Position numbers and translations under genes: made by a program
Shown: positions 35,653 through 45,160 of the stretch, one piece after another
Layout of the letters: every line of letters starts with the position of its first letter
Position numbering within the stretch: the stretch's first letter is position 1
The notes under the pieces: model-generated
Databases searched by the model: none
The model's input: the letters and a program-made list of their open reading frames with translations, nothing else
What the model was told of the DNA's origin: nothing
NCBI GenBank assembly: GCA_948473085.1
Contig: CAOKWH010000006.1
Location: 6,034 to 70,033 of the forward strand
Origin: an uncultured Clostridia bacterium
Lineage (GTDB): Bacteria; Bacillota; Clostridia; Oscillospirales; Ruminococcaceae
Reading direction: 5' to 3'
Length of the DNA: 64,000 bases

Positions 35653-36261
35653 ATGCGCAAGGTGGATATTCGGGCGTACAAAAATTCTCTGCGGGATAAG
35701 GCAAAGGCCATGCGCCGGGGGATGGACCAGGAAAAAAAGGCGGAAATGGACCGGCAGATTACCGAGCGCATCTGTTCGCTTTACCAGTATCGGGAGGCTA
35801 AAACGCTGCTCTGCTATGTGTCCAAGCCCATCGAGGTGGATACCATTCCGCTGCTGCGCCGGGCGCTGGCCGATGGCAAGCAGGTGGCCTGTCCCCGTTG
35901 TGTAGAGGGCACCCGGCAGATGGATTTTTATATTATAGAAGGGCTGGACGACTTGGAAAAACGCACCTTTGGCGTGCTGGAACCCAAGGTGCCTGGCTGC
36001 AAGCTGCTTACCGACTTCAGCCGCAGCCTGTGCATTGTGCCAGCCTTGATGTATGACCTAAAGGGCTATCGCCTGGGGTATGGCGGCGGATACTACGACC
36101 GTTTTCTCTCCCGGTACGACGGCTATAAGGTGGGCGTTACCTATCGGCGCAATATTCTGCGTTTTCTCCACTATGGCCGGTTTGATATTCCGGTGGATAT
36201 GGTGGTGACCGAAAGTTTTTTCCGCCTCACCGACCGCAGCAAGGTGCAGTCGAGGGGATAG
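35653..36261 (+). CDS. 5-formyltetrahydrofolate cyclo-ligase
   Basis: C-terminal YGGGYYDRFL motif and a family-typical length. GTG 35650 is an alternative start. Confidence 0.8.
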   Translation: MRKVDIRAYKNSLRDKAKAMRRGMDQEKKAEMDRQITERICSLYQYREAKTLLCYVSKPIEVDTIPLLRRALADGKQVACPRCVEGTRQMDFYIIEGLDDLEKRTFGVLEPKVPGCKLLTDFSRSLCIVPALMYDLKGYRLGYGGGYYDRFLSRYDGYKVGVTYRRNILRFLHYGRFDIPVDMVVTESFFRLTDRSKVQSRG

Positions 36262-36283
36262 AGAGAAAAGGAGACAAAACCGC

Positions 36284-37369
36284 ATGAGCGAACAAAACAG
36301 AGAAGGCGCCCGGCGCCGCCGGCCCAGGCCGAAAAGACGAAGGAAGGGCCGGGGGCTGCTTGTTGCCCTGCTGGCACTTTTGTTGGTGGGAGGCATTTAT
36401 GGCGGGCATGTGCTGGCCGACTATGCCGGCTATTTCCAAAGCAAAGAGCAGGTGCAAATCAGCATTCCGGAGGGAAGCAGCGGCCGGGAAATTGCCGCCC
36501 TGCTGGAAGAAAACAAGATTATCAGCCATAAAAACATCTTCTATCTGTACACCCGCCTGTCCGGCCGAGGGGCCTCCTTTAAGTCCGGGCAGTATATGCT
36601 GCAATCGGATATGAGCTATGAAGAGATTGCCGATTTGCTGGCGGCGGGCACCCTGCGGGAGGATGTGGTTACTGTCACCTTCCCGGAAGGGCTTACGCTG
36701 CGGGAGATTGCCGGCCTTTTGGAGCAGAACAAGGTTTGCAGCAGCGAGGAGTTTTTAACCTATCTGGATACGGCCGACCTAAGCCAGTATTCCTTTGTGG
36801 ACGAGCTGCCGGCCGATGGGCGTTTCCGGCGGCTGGAGGGCTACATTTTCCCCGATACCTATCAGTTCTATTTGAATGAGGATGCAGCCAGTGTGGCCGG
36901 GCGTTTCCTGAACCGGTTTGAACAGGTGGTGGATGACGAAATCCGTACCCGGGCTGCCGAACTGGATCTATCCATTGACGAGGTGGTAACGCTGGCTTCG
37001 GTTATCCAGGCCGAGTGTTCCTATCAGCCGGAGATGGCCGCAGTGTCGGGTGTATTCCACAACCGGCTGAATCATCCCGGCGAGTATCCCAAGCTCCAGT
37101 CGGATGTGACCATCTTCTATATCCGGGATGAAATTTTGCCCATTGAGGGGAAGGCCCGGGAGGACTATTACGATGGCCTATACAACACCTATATCCACGA
37201 TGGCTTGCCTGTGGGGCCCATCTGTAGCCCGGGAGAGGACGCCATTTGGGCCGCCCTGCATCCGGAGAAGAACGACTACTTTTATTTTATCACCGATAAA
37301 GAGGGCAACTTTATGTATGCCGTCACTTTGGGTGAACACAATGCGAATATTAACGAGGCGGGCATTTAA
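36284..37369 (+). CDS. mltG: Endolytic murein transglycosylase MltG (YceG-like)
   Basis: Basic N-terminus, one TM helix and a YceG domain (FPEGLTLREIA, EGYIFPDTY, ASVIQAE). Confidence 0.85.
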   Translation: MSEQNREGARRRRPRPKRRRKGRGLLVALLALLLVGGIYGGHVLADYAGYFQSKEQVQISIPEGSSGREIAALLEENKIISHKNIFYLYTRLSGRGASFKSGQYMLQSDMSYEEIADLLAAGTLREDVVTVTFPEGLTLREIAGLLEQNKVCSSEEFLTYLDTADLSQYSFVDELPADGRFRRLEGYIFPDTYQFYLNEDAASVAGRFLNRFEQVVDDEIRTRAAELDLSIDEVVTLASVIQAECSYQPEMAAVSGVFHNRLNHPGEYPKLQSDVTIFYIRDEILPIEGKAREDYYDGLYNTYIHDGLPVGPICSPGEDAIWAALHPEKNDYFYFITDKEGNFMYAVTLGEHNANINEAGI

Positions 37370-37432
37370 AACCCGCCTTTTCCTTAGAGGGCGTGCAAGC
37401 CCGCTTTTAGTGGGAAGAAGGGAGAGGATTGG

Positions 37433-38656
37433 ATGAAACAGATTATCAAGCCGGAGGTGCTGGCACCCGCTGGGGATTACGAGCGCCTAATGGCCGCCGT
37501 GAAATATGGGGCGGACGCTGTCTATCTGGGGGGCACCAGCTTTGGTATGCGGGCCAATGCCGGCAACTTTGATGAGGAACAGCTCCGGCAGGGGGTGGCC
37601 TATGCCCATGCGCATGGAGTAAAGGTATACCTGACCTGCAACATTCTGCCCACCAACCAGGAGGCCGACCAGATCGAAGCATTTTTGCTCTATGCCGCCC
37701 AGGTGGGGGTGGACGCCCTGATTGTGGCCGATGTGGGCATTTTGATGCTGGCCCGGCGGGTGGTTCCGCACATTGACATCCATATTTCCACCCAAACTGG
37801 CGTGGTGAACTATCTGACCGCCAACGAACTGTACAAGCTGGGGGCCAAGCGGGTGGTGCTGGCCCGGGAGCTGTCGTTGGAAACCATCCGGGAAATCCGC
37901 CGGCGCACCCCTGCCGATTTGGAGATAGAATGTTTTGTTCACGGCGCCATGTGCATGTCCTTTTCCGGACGCTGCCTGCTCTCCAACTATCTCACCGGCC
38001 GGGATGCCAACCGTGGGGAGTGCGCCCAGCCCTGCCGCTGGAGCTACTACCTGATGGAGGAGAAACGGCCGGGGCAGTATTTCCCCATCTTGGAGGATGA
38101 GCATGGTTCTTACATACTCAATGCCAAGGATATGTCGATGATTGAGCACATCGACCAGCTGGTGGATGCCGGCATTACCTCGCTGAAGATAGAGGGCCGG
38201 GCCAAGAGCGCCTACTATGTTTCGGTTATTACCAACGCCTACCGGCAGGCTGTGGACAAGTATGTGGCCGACCCGGACAACTACAAGCTGGAGGGCTGGC
38301 TGGCGGATGAGGTGTTCAAGGTCAGCCACCGGGAGTACTCCACCGGCTTCTATTTCGGCCGGCCGGACCAGTGTTATAAATCTGGCGGTTATGTCCGGGA
38401 GTGTGATATTGTGGCGGTGGTGGAACAGTGCCGGGATGGCTGGCTCTATGGCACCCAGCGCAACCGGTTTGCCATCGGGGACCGGGTGGAAATTCTGGAA
38501 CCCGGCTGCCCGCCCTACGAACTGGACATTACCACAATCCGCGATGGCGATGGCACCGTGGTGGAGGCTGCCCCCCATGCCATGATGCAGTTTTCCATCC
38601 CCTGTGAGGCAAACTTTACCCAGGGCACCATCATCCGGAAGAATAAAACTTTATAG
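37433..38656 (+). CDS. Peptidase U32 family protein
   Basis: Typical U32 N-terminus (ELLAPAGD...AVKYGADAVYLGG) and a Cys-containing core (ECFVHGAMCMSFSGRC). Confidence 0.85.
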   Translation: MKQIIKPEVLAPAGDYERLMAAVKYGADAVYLGGTSFGMRANAGNFDEEQLRQGVAYAHAHGVKVYLTCNILPTNQEADQIEAFLLYAAQVGVDALIVADVGILMLARRVVPHIDIHISTQTGVVNYLTANELYKLGAKRVVLARELSLETIREIRRRTPADLEIECFVHGAMCMSFSGRCLLSNYLTGRDANRGECAQPCRWSYYLMEEKRPGQYFPILEDEHGSYILNAKDMSMIEHIDQLVDAGITSLKIEGRAKSAYYVSVITNAYRQAVDKYVADPDNYKLEGWLADEVFKVSHREYSTGFYFGRPDQCYKSGGYVRECDIVAVVEQCRDGWLYGTQRNRFAIGDRVEILEPGCPPYELDITTIRDGDGTVVEAAPHAMMQFSIPCEANFTQGTIIRKNKTL

Positions 38657-38659
38657 TAC

Positions 38660-38690
38660 AAGGCCCTGGCTTTAGGCTGGGGCCTTTTTG
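38660..38690 (+). terminator. Possible intrinsic terminator after the U32 gene
   Basis: AAGGCCC-13 nt-GGGCCTT followed by TTTG. The T-tract is weak. Confidence 0.4.
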
Positions 38691-39229
38691 CAGCATCAAA
38701 GAAAAAAGCCTGGGATAAAAGGCGGTTTTTTCCGGCTAAACAACAGGTTTATTTTCTACTGTAAGGAAGAAAATACAGGAGGGAGGAGCGATTTTTTGTG
38801 TTAGAAAAATTCCCTTTTATTTTCAAACAATAGGGGTGCCAAAAGGAAGGAAAGCCACTTTAAAAAATATCGAAATTAGCGCAGATTGTTTTGGTGGTTT
38901 TACAGCAGCTGTTTACAGTCAAAAACCCCCATGCCTGTTTTTTTAGGACAGACAAAATATTACAAAGTGGAGAAAAGGGCAGAAAAAGCGGGGTTTTTGT
39001 CGTGAATATGGGAAAAACAGCGGATTTGTATACTACATATAGTGCTTTTGAAACTGTATAAATTTGCCATAAATGGAATACATGAATTTTTCTGTTTTTA
39101 ATATTTCGTTCACGAATGTATGTTCTTTTTGGGATAAATTACAATAAAATCTGACAAAAGTCTACAACAAATCTGCTTTTTGCATATATTTTACAGTTTC
39201 AAAAAAACATGCAAATTGGTAATTTGCAC

Positions 39230-39258
39230 TTGCTTTTTCAGTGTACAATGAGTATAAT
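39230..39258 (+). promoter_or_regulatory. Candidate dcw-cluster promoter (Pmra)
   Basis: TTGCTT-17 nt-TATAAT immediately upstream of the GTGG repeats. Confidence 0.5.
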
Positions 39259-39270
39259 AAATTTAAGTAA

Positions 39271-39295
39271 GTGGGTAAAAGTGGTGGATGGTGGT
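39271..39295 (+). promoter_or_regulatory. Putative MraZ operator: three direct GTGG(G/T) repeats at a 10-nt period
   Basis: GTGGGTAAAA GTGGTGGATG GTGGTGAAAT. Matches the known MraZ-box architecture (direct repeats, one helical turn apart, just downstream of Pmra). Confidence 0.55.
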
Positions 39296-39315
39296 GAAAT
39301 CCACACCGAACGGGG

Positions 39316-39744
39316 GTGGGCAAGGTGCTGATTGGGGAATATAATCCCAGCATGGACGCCAAGGGGCGTTTGCACTTTCCTGCCAAACTACGGGAGGACC
39401 TGGGGGATCGCTTTATTATCACCAAAGGGCTGGATAACTGCCTGTTTGTTTACTCACTAACTGGCTGGGCTGAGCTGGAGCAGAAGATAAAGGCGCTGCC
39501 CATGAGCCGCTCCCGCAACTTACAGCGTTTTTTCTTTGCCGGTGCTGTGGAGGTGGAGGCGGACAAGCAGGGGCGGGTGCTTATCCCGGCCAACCTGCGG
39601 CAGTTTGCCGAACTGGAGAGCGATGTCACCGTGGTGGGCGCATCGGTTCGGGCCGAAATTTGGAACAGCGAAAAGTACAACGCCCTTTGCAGTGAAGTAA
39701 CGGCGGAGGATGTAGCCGCAGCAATGGATGAACTGGGTTTTTAA
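39316..39744 (+). CDS. mraZ: Transcriptional regulator MraZ
   Basis: Two DxxGR motifs (MDAKGRL, ADKQGRV). GTG start at 39316 or 39325. Confidence 0.9.
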   Translation: MGKVLIGEYNPSMDAKGRLHFPAKLREDLGDRFIITKGLDNCLFVYSLTGWAELEQKIKALPMSRSRNLQRFFFAGAVEVEADKQGRVLIPANLRQFAELESDVTVVGASVRAEIWNSEKYNALCSEVTAEDVAAAMDELGF

Positions 39745-39747
39745 CGG

Positions 39748-40686
39748 ATGGGGGAAATCATGGAATTTAGTCATAAATCGGTGCTTCTTTCGGAGTGTAT
39801 CGATGCCCTGAATATCCGCCCGGATGGCATCTATGTGGACGGCACTGCCGGCGGGGCGGGGCATTCGGTGGAGATTGCAAAGCGCCTGACCGCCGGGCGG
39901 CTGATTGCAGTGGACAAGGACCCGGACGCCATAGCTGCCGCTACAGAGCGTTTGGCTCCCTATGCCATGGCCCAGGTGGTCCAGAGCGACTACGCCGACC
40001 TGGATGCTGTGCTTGACCGGTTGGGCATTGCGCAGGTGGATGGCATTTTGCTGGATCTGGGGGTTTCCTCCCATCAGCTGGACCGCGGTGAACGCGGTTT
40101 CTCCTACAATGTGGATGCCCCGCTGGATATGCGTATGAGCCAGAGCGGCCCGTCGGCCAGGGATTTGGTTAATACATACAGCGTAGAGGAACTTACCCGG
40201 ATTTTGCGGGAGTATGGGGAAGAAAAGTTTGCCTATAAAATAGCCCGCAATATAGAAAAGCACCGGCAGGGCGCCCCGATTGAAACAACCTTCCAGCTGG
40301 TGGATATCATCAAGGGGTCCATTCCGGCGCCAGCCCGGCGGGAGGGTGGGCACCCTGCCAAACGAACCTTCCAGGCCATCCGCATTGCTGTAAACAGCGA
40401 GCTGGATCATCTATCCCTTTGCCTGGACCGGGCGTTTCACTACCTGGCGCCAGGCGGGCGCTTCGCCATCATCACCTTCCATTCGCTGGAGGACCGGATG
40501 GTAAAGCAGAAGTTTGCCGATATGGCCAGGGGCTGTGTTTGCCCGCCGGATTTCCCGGTTTGTGTGTGCGGCCGGCAGCCGGTGGCAAGGCTTATCAGCC
40601 GCAAGCCTATCCTGCCCAGCCAGCAGGAGCTGGCCGAAAACAGCCGCAGCCACAGCGCCAAGCTGCGGGTGTGTGAAAAGATATAG
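39748..40686 (+). CDS. rsmH: 16S rRNA (cytosine1402-N4)-methyltransferase RsmH
   Basis: HKSVLL, DGTAGGAGHS and LLDLGVSSHQLD motifs. ATG 39760 is an alternative start. Confidence 0.9.
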   Translation: MGEIMEFSHKSVLLSECIDALNIRPDGIYVDGTAGGAGHSVEIAKRLTAGRLIAVDKDPDAIAAATERLAPYAMAQVVQSDYADLDAVLDRLGIAQVDGILLDLGVSSHQLDRGERGFSYNVDAPLDMRMSQSGPSARDLVNTYSVEELTRILREYGEEKFAYKIARNIEKHRQGAPIETTFQLVDIIKGSIPAPARREGGHPAKRTFQAIRIAVNSELDHLSLCLDRAFHYLAPGGRFAIITFHSLEDRMVKQKFADMARGCVCPPDFPVCVCGRQPVARLISRKPILPSQQELAENSRSHSAKLRVCEKI

Positions 40687-40739
40687 AGCATACAGGCAGA
40701 GAGCTGCCTGATTCGTTGAAAGAAAAGGAGTGGATGGAT

Positions 40740-41237
40740 ATGCAGAGTGCAGCCTATGATCTTTCAATATATGAGCCGAAACCCAGCCGCAAGGAGGAGC
40801 AGGCACAGCTGAGGATTGTAGCACGGCACAGCGCGGCGGAGATTGCCCGGCCCAAGGCGATAGCCAAAGCCGCCAGCATGATTGTGCTGCTGACCGTATC
40901 GCTGTGTATGATGCTGTACAGCAACGCCACCCTTACCGAGCTGAGCGACCAGATTGCCAGCGCCCAGGCCAGGCACGAGCTGCTGCTGAGCGAAAACGAG
41001 CGCCTGCTCACCTCCATTGAAAGCAAAATGTCGCTGCGTAATGTAGAAAACATTGCCAGGAATGAGCTGGGCCTTTCGGAGATGGAACCATACCAGATTA
41101 CCTATGTAAACCGCTGTGGCGGCGATATGATTGTAAAAACCGAAAGTACACCTGCCGAGGGCGGCATCCTCGAAGGGGTTATTGATACAATAGGTTCCGC
41201 TTTGGAATATCTGAGAATTAGCTTTAATAAGAATTAA
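40740..41237 (+). CDS. ftsL: Cell division protein FtsL-like (single TM helix plus coiled coil)
   Basis: Its position in the dcw cluster, a TM helix (AASMIVLLTVSLCMMLY) and a following leucine-rich helix. AAAGGAG 9 nt upstream of ATG 40740. Confidence 0.65.
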   Translation: MQSAAYDLSIYEPKPSRKEEQAQLRIVARHSAAEIARPKAIAKAASMIVLLTVSLCMMLYSNATLTELSDQIASAQARHELLLSENERLLTSIESKMSLRNVENIARNELGLSEMEPYQITYVNRCGGDMIVKTESTPAEGGILEGVIDTIGSALEYLRISFNKN

Positions 41238-41331
41238 GTTGATTGAGAGTTAAGAGCCGCTGTATCTTAACTCTTACTTTCTTTTATCGAAAAACCGCGC
41301 AATTTACACTTTTTTGTCAGGAGGCTTGAGC

Positions 41332-43578
41332 ATGTGGTTGAAAGGCGATACATTGCTTGGCAAGCGTGTCCGGCTGATTACCGGCCTTTTTGGGATAGCG
41401 TTCGGCGTGCTTGTGGTGCGTCTGTTCTTCCTGCAGGTGGTGCAGGCGGATATGTGGAAGGAACGGGCCACCAGCCAGCAGCTTTATTCCACCTCCATTA
41501 CCGCCAAACGGGGGAATATCTACGATACCAATATGAAAACACTGGCTAAGAGCGTTACAGTTTGGACGGTGTTTATCTCCCCGGCGGAGATGAAGGCGGA
41601 GCAGCGGGAACTGGTGGCCAGCGGCCTGTCGGAAATCCTGGATGTGGACTACGATATGGTGTATGATAAAACACTGAAGGTGGACCGCTACAACGAAACC
41701 ATCAAGCGCAAGGTGGATAACGCCACAGCCGACCTGGTGAACGAGTTTATCCTGGAAAACAAGATAAAGGGCATCTATCTTTCGGAAGATGTTATGCGCT
41801 ATTACCCCTATGACAATTTGGCTTCCACTGTACTGGGCTTTACCAACTATGATGGCCAGGGGGCCTACGGCTTAGAGGCTTATTATGACAAAACGCTCTC
41901 CGGCACCGATGGCATTGTTGCGTCGGTGCGCAATGCCAAAGGTACAGCCATGCCCTTTAGCGAGCAGCAGGTGTTTGATGCCGAAGATGGGCAGAGCCTG
42001 GTGCTCACCATTGACGAAACGGTGCAGCACTACCTGGAAAAGCACCTGGAAAACGCCGTGCTGGAGCACGATGTGCAGCAGCGCGCCGTGGGTATTGTAA
42101 TGAATGTTAAAACTGGTGAGATTTTGGGCATGTCCACCAAGCCGGATTTTAACCCGAACAATTACAGCTATATCTATGACGATAAGACAAGAGAACAGCT
42201 GGAACAAATGCGGGAGGAGGCCAATACCGACCAGGAGAAGGAGGCCTATCTGGTCGCCTTGGAGGAAGCCCAGAACACCCAGTGGCGCAACAAGGCCATC
42301 TCTGACCCGTACGAACCAGGTTCGGTATTCAAGCTGATTACAGCGGCGGCGGCGCTGGAAACAGGCGCCGTAACCCCCAACACCCAGTTTTATTGCGCCG
42401 GATTTTATGAGGTTGCGGGCAACCGCATCTCCTGCTGGAAAAACGGCGGGCATGGGGCGCTGAATTTTGGCGGCGCCATTAAAGGCTCCTGTAACCCCGC
42501 CTTTATTATGACCGGCCATGCGCTGGGCGCCACCCGATTCATCGACTATCTGGACAAATTTGGCCTGTATGGCAAAACCGGCGTGGATCTGCCGGGCGAG
42601 GCCACCAGCATTATGCACGATAAGGCCACCATGTTAAACGAAAACAAGGCCTCTCTTTCTTCGGCGTCGTTTGGGCAGACCTTTAAGGTCACTGCTCTAC
42701 AGCTGATGGTGGGGGTAAATGCGACGGTCAACGGCGGCTATCTTATGCAGCCTTATATTGTCCGCCAGGTGCTGGACAGTGAAGGGAATGTAGTGTCCAA
42801 CACCGAACCCACTGTTATCCGGCAGGTGATTTCTGCCGAAACCTCGGCCACAGTGGCCTCTCTGGCTGAAAAGGTAGTGTCCGAAACTGGCGGGTCGGGT
42901 ATCCGTGCCGCAGTGCCCGGTTACCGCATCGGCGGCAAGACTGGTACTTCCCAGAAGCTGGACCAGGAAGGGGATGACACCATCCTCTCCTTCTATGGCT
43001 ATGCCCCGGCGGATGACCCGGAAATTGCCATTCTGGTTATGCTGGATGAACCCCAGAAGAACAACCAATACGGCTCGGTTATTGCCGCGCCGGTGGTGGG
43101 CAATATCTTTGCCGATATCCTGCCCTATCTGGGTTATGAGCCCAGCTATACCGAGGAACAGCTTTCCACTGCCGATATTGCAACCCCCTATCTGATCAAC
43201 AGCGGCCTGCAGGAGGCGCAAACCACGCTGATGCAGGCGGGCTTACAGTATCGGGTGGTGGGCAGTGGCACCCAAGTGGTGAACCAAACCCCCGGGGCGG
43301 CTATGCCCATTCCCGGCGGCGGCACGGTGGTGCTGTACACCGACTCGGAGGCGGAGGGTGCCCAGACAGCCGTGGTTCCCTATGTAATAGGCCGGTCGGG
43401 CAACGAAACCAACAAACTGATACTGAATGCCGGCTTTAATATCCGCATGGAGGGGGAGAGCATCCAGCATGAGGGGTGTGTAGCCATCAGCCAGTCGGTG
43501 GAGGCAGGTACCACTGCCGAAATTGGTACGGTTATCACCGTCACCTTTGGCGTGCAGGGTATGGCTTTGCCGGAATAA
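41332..43578 (+). CDS. Class B penicillin-binding protein (FtsI/SpoVD/PBP2B-type) with two PASTA domains
   Basis: SVFK (SxxK), SCN (SxN) and KTGT motifs, with two C-terminal PASTA-like repeats. AGGAGG 7 nt before ATG 41332. Confidence 0.9.
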   Translation: MWLKGDTLLGKRVRLITGLFGIAFGVLVVRLFFLQVVQADMWKERATSQQLYSTSITAKRGNIYDTNMKTLAKSVTVWTVFISPAEMKAEQRELVASGLSEILDVDYDMVYDKTLKVDRYNETIKRKVDNATADLVNEFILENKIKGIYLSEDVMRYYPYDNLASTVLGFTNYDGQGAYGLEAYYDKTLSGTDGIVASVRNAKGTAMPFSEQQVFDAEDGQSLVLTIDETVQHYLEKHLENAVLEHDVQQRAVGIVMNVKTGEILGMSTKPDFNPNNYSYIYDDKTREQLEQMREEANTDQEKEAYLVALEEAQNTQWRNKAISDPYEPGSVFKLITAAAALETGAVTPNTQFYCAGFYEVAGNRISCWKNGGHGALNFGGAIKGSCNPAFIMTGHALGATRFIDYLDKFGLYGKTGVDLPGEATSIMHDKATMLNENKASLSSASFGQTFKVTALQLMVGVNATVNGGYLMQPYIVRQVLDSEGNVVSNTEPTVIRQVISAETSATVASLAEKVVSETGGSGIRAAVPGYRIGGKTGTSQKLDQEGDDTILSFYGYAPADDPEIAILVMLDEPQKNNQYGSVIAAPVVGNIFADILPYLGYEPSYTEEQLSTADIATPYLINSGLQEAQTTLMQAGLQYRVVGSGTQVVNQTPGAAMPIPGGGTVVLYTDSEAEGAQTAVVPYVIGRSGNETNKLILNAGFNIRMEGESIQHEGCVAISQSVEAGTTAEIGTVITVTFGVQGMALPE

Positions 43579-43682
43579 TTTTTAAAAACTGTAAATTTTG
43601 CCGCTACCGCCTTGTCAAAAGGCGGTATTTGGGCAATAATAATATCGACTGAATACCCGGCGCAGGGAGGATACATACACAA

Positions 43683-45134
43683 ATGCAGCTCAAGGAATTA
43701 CTGAATGGAATAGAATACACCGGGGAAGTGCCGGATGTGTGCATTGAAGGGCTTACTGCCGATTCCCGGCAGCTGGAAAAAGGGTGGGTTTTTGTCTGCC
43801 AGCGGGGCCAGCGGTTTGATGGCCACAGCTTTGCCTCCAAAGCATTGGAACTGGGGGCCGCCGCCGTTGTAACCAGCCAGGATTTGGGGCTGCCCCGGCA
43901 GATTGTGGTGGAGGATACACAGGCGGCCTATCCGCTGATGTGTGCCAATTTTTTCGGGCGCCCTGCCCAGAAAATGAAGCTGATTGGCGTCACCGGTACC
44001 AACGGAAAGACTACCAGCACCTTCCTCATCCGGCATCTGCTCACCGTTCTGGGGCATCACACTGGGCTGATTGGCACTGTGCAAAACCAGATTGGCCCGC
44101 TGGTGCTGCCCTCCAAGTTTACCACACCGGACCCCTATCAGCTCCAGTCGCTGTTGGCCAAGATGGCTGCCGATGGCTGCGAGTATGTGGTAATGGAGGT
44201 TTCCTCCCATGCGCTGGCCCAGCACCGGGTGGATGGGCTGTACTTTGATGTGGCGCTCTTCACCAACCTGACCCAGGACCATCTGGATTATCACCACACG
44301 ATGGAAGAATATTTTGCCGAAAAGTGCAAGCTATTTAGCCGGTGCGGCACTGCGGTTGTCAATGTGGATGACCCATACGGTCAGCGCATTGCCCAGGAGG
44401 CGGGTTGCCCGGTGGTGCGCTTTGCCACACAGCAGGACTCCGCCGACTATGTGGCCCGGAACATCCACAGCCGGGCGGACGGCAGCAATTTTGTACTTAT
44501 GCACGATGGAGAGCTGCAAAAGGTCAGTATCCCCACTCCGGGGGATTTTTCCATCCACAACGCGCTGGGGGCGGTGGCGGCAGTAGTGGCCGCTGGCGCC
44601 GACCTGCACCGGGTGGTGGAAGCGGTGGCCAATGTGGCCGGTGTGCCCGGCCGGTTTGAGCGCATCCCCACCGAGTTGGATTTTACCATTATCCGGGACT
44701 ATGCACACACGCCGGATGGGATAGAAAAATGCCTCTCCACTGTCCGGGAATTTGCCCGGGGGCGCATCGTGGCGCTGTTTGGCTGCCCGGGCTGCCGGGA
44801 TGGTTCCAAGCGGGCCAATATGGCGGCGGCAGTAGCCAGGTATGCCGACCTGGCCATCCTCACCTCGGACAACCCCCGGGAGGAGGACGAGCAGAAGATT
44901 ATAGACGACGCCCTGCCGGGCCTGTTGGCCGGCGGCAAGCCGTATAAGATCTTTTTAGACCGGTACGAAGCCATCGAGTATGCGCTAAAAACCTGCCAGC
45001 AGGGGGATATTTTGCTGTTACTGGGCAAGGGGCATGAGGATTACCAGGTGCTGTCCTCCGGCGCAATCTATTTTGATGAGAGCAAAATAGTGCCGGAAAT
45101 TGCCCGGCGTATTGCCGGGCAGCGGGGAATTTAG
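43683..45134 (+). CDS. murE: UDP-MurNAc-L-Ala-D-Glu--2,6-diaminopimelate ligase MurE
   Basis: GVTGTNGKTT P-loop and the DNPR motif associated with meso-DAP specificity. Confidence 0.9.
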   Translation: MQLKELLNGIEYTGEVPDVCIEGLTADSRQLEKGWVFVCQRGQRFDGHSFASKALELGAAAVVTSQDLGLPRQIVVEDTQAAYPLMCANFFGRPAQKMKLIGVTGTNGKTTSTFLIRHLLTVLGHHTGLIGTVQNQIGPLVLPSKFTTPDPYQLQSLLAKMAADGCEYVVMEVSSHALAQHRVDGLYFDVALFTNLTQDHLDYHHTMEEYFAEKCKLFSRCGTAVVNVDDPYGQRIAQEAGCPVVRFATQQDSADYVARNIHSRADGSNFVLMHDGELQKVSIPTPGDFSIHNALGAVAAVVAAGADLHRVVEAVANVAGVPGRFERIPTELDFTIIRDYAHTPDGIEKCLSTVREFARGRIVALFGCPGCRDGSKRANMAAAVARYADLAILTSDNPREEDEQKIIDDALPGLLAGGKPYKIFLDRYEAIEYALKTCQQGDILLLLGKGHEDYQVLSSGAIYFDESKIVPEIARRIAGQRGI

Positions 45135-45160
45135 CAAACGGGTCAAGGGGAGAACAAGAG

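Noticed and set aside
38691-39229. 540-bp AT-rich spacer upstream of the dcw promoter
   Set aside because: It has no ORF with an RBS, no repeats and no recognisable RNA motif. It is probably just a long regulatory or spacer region.
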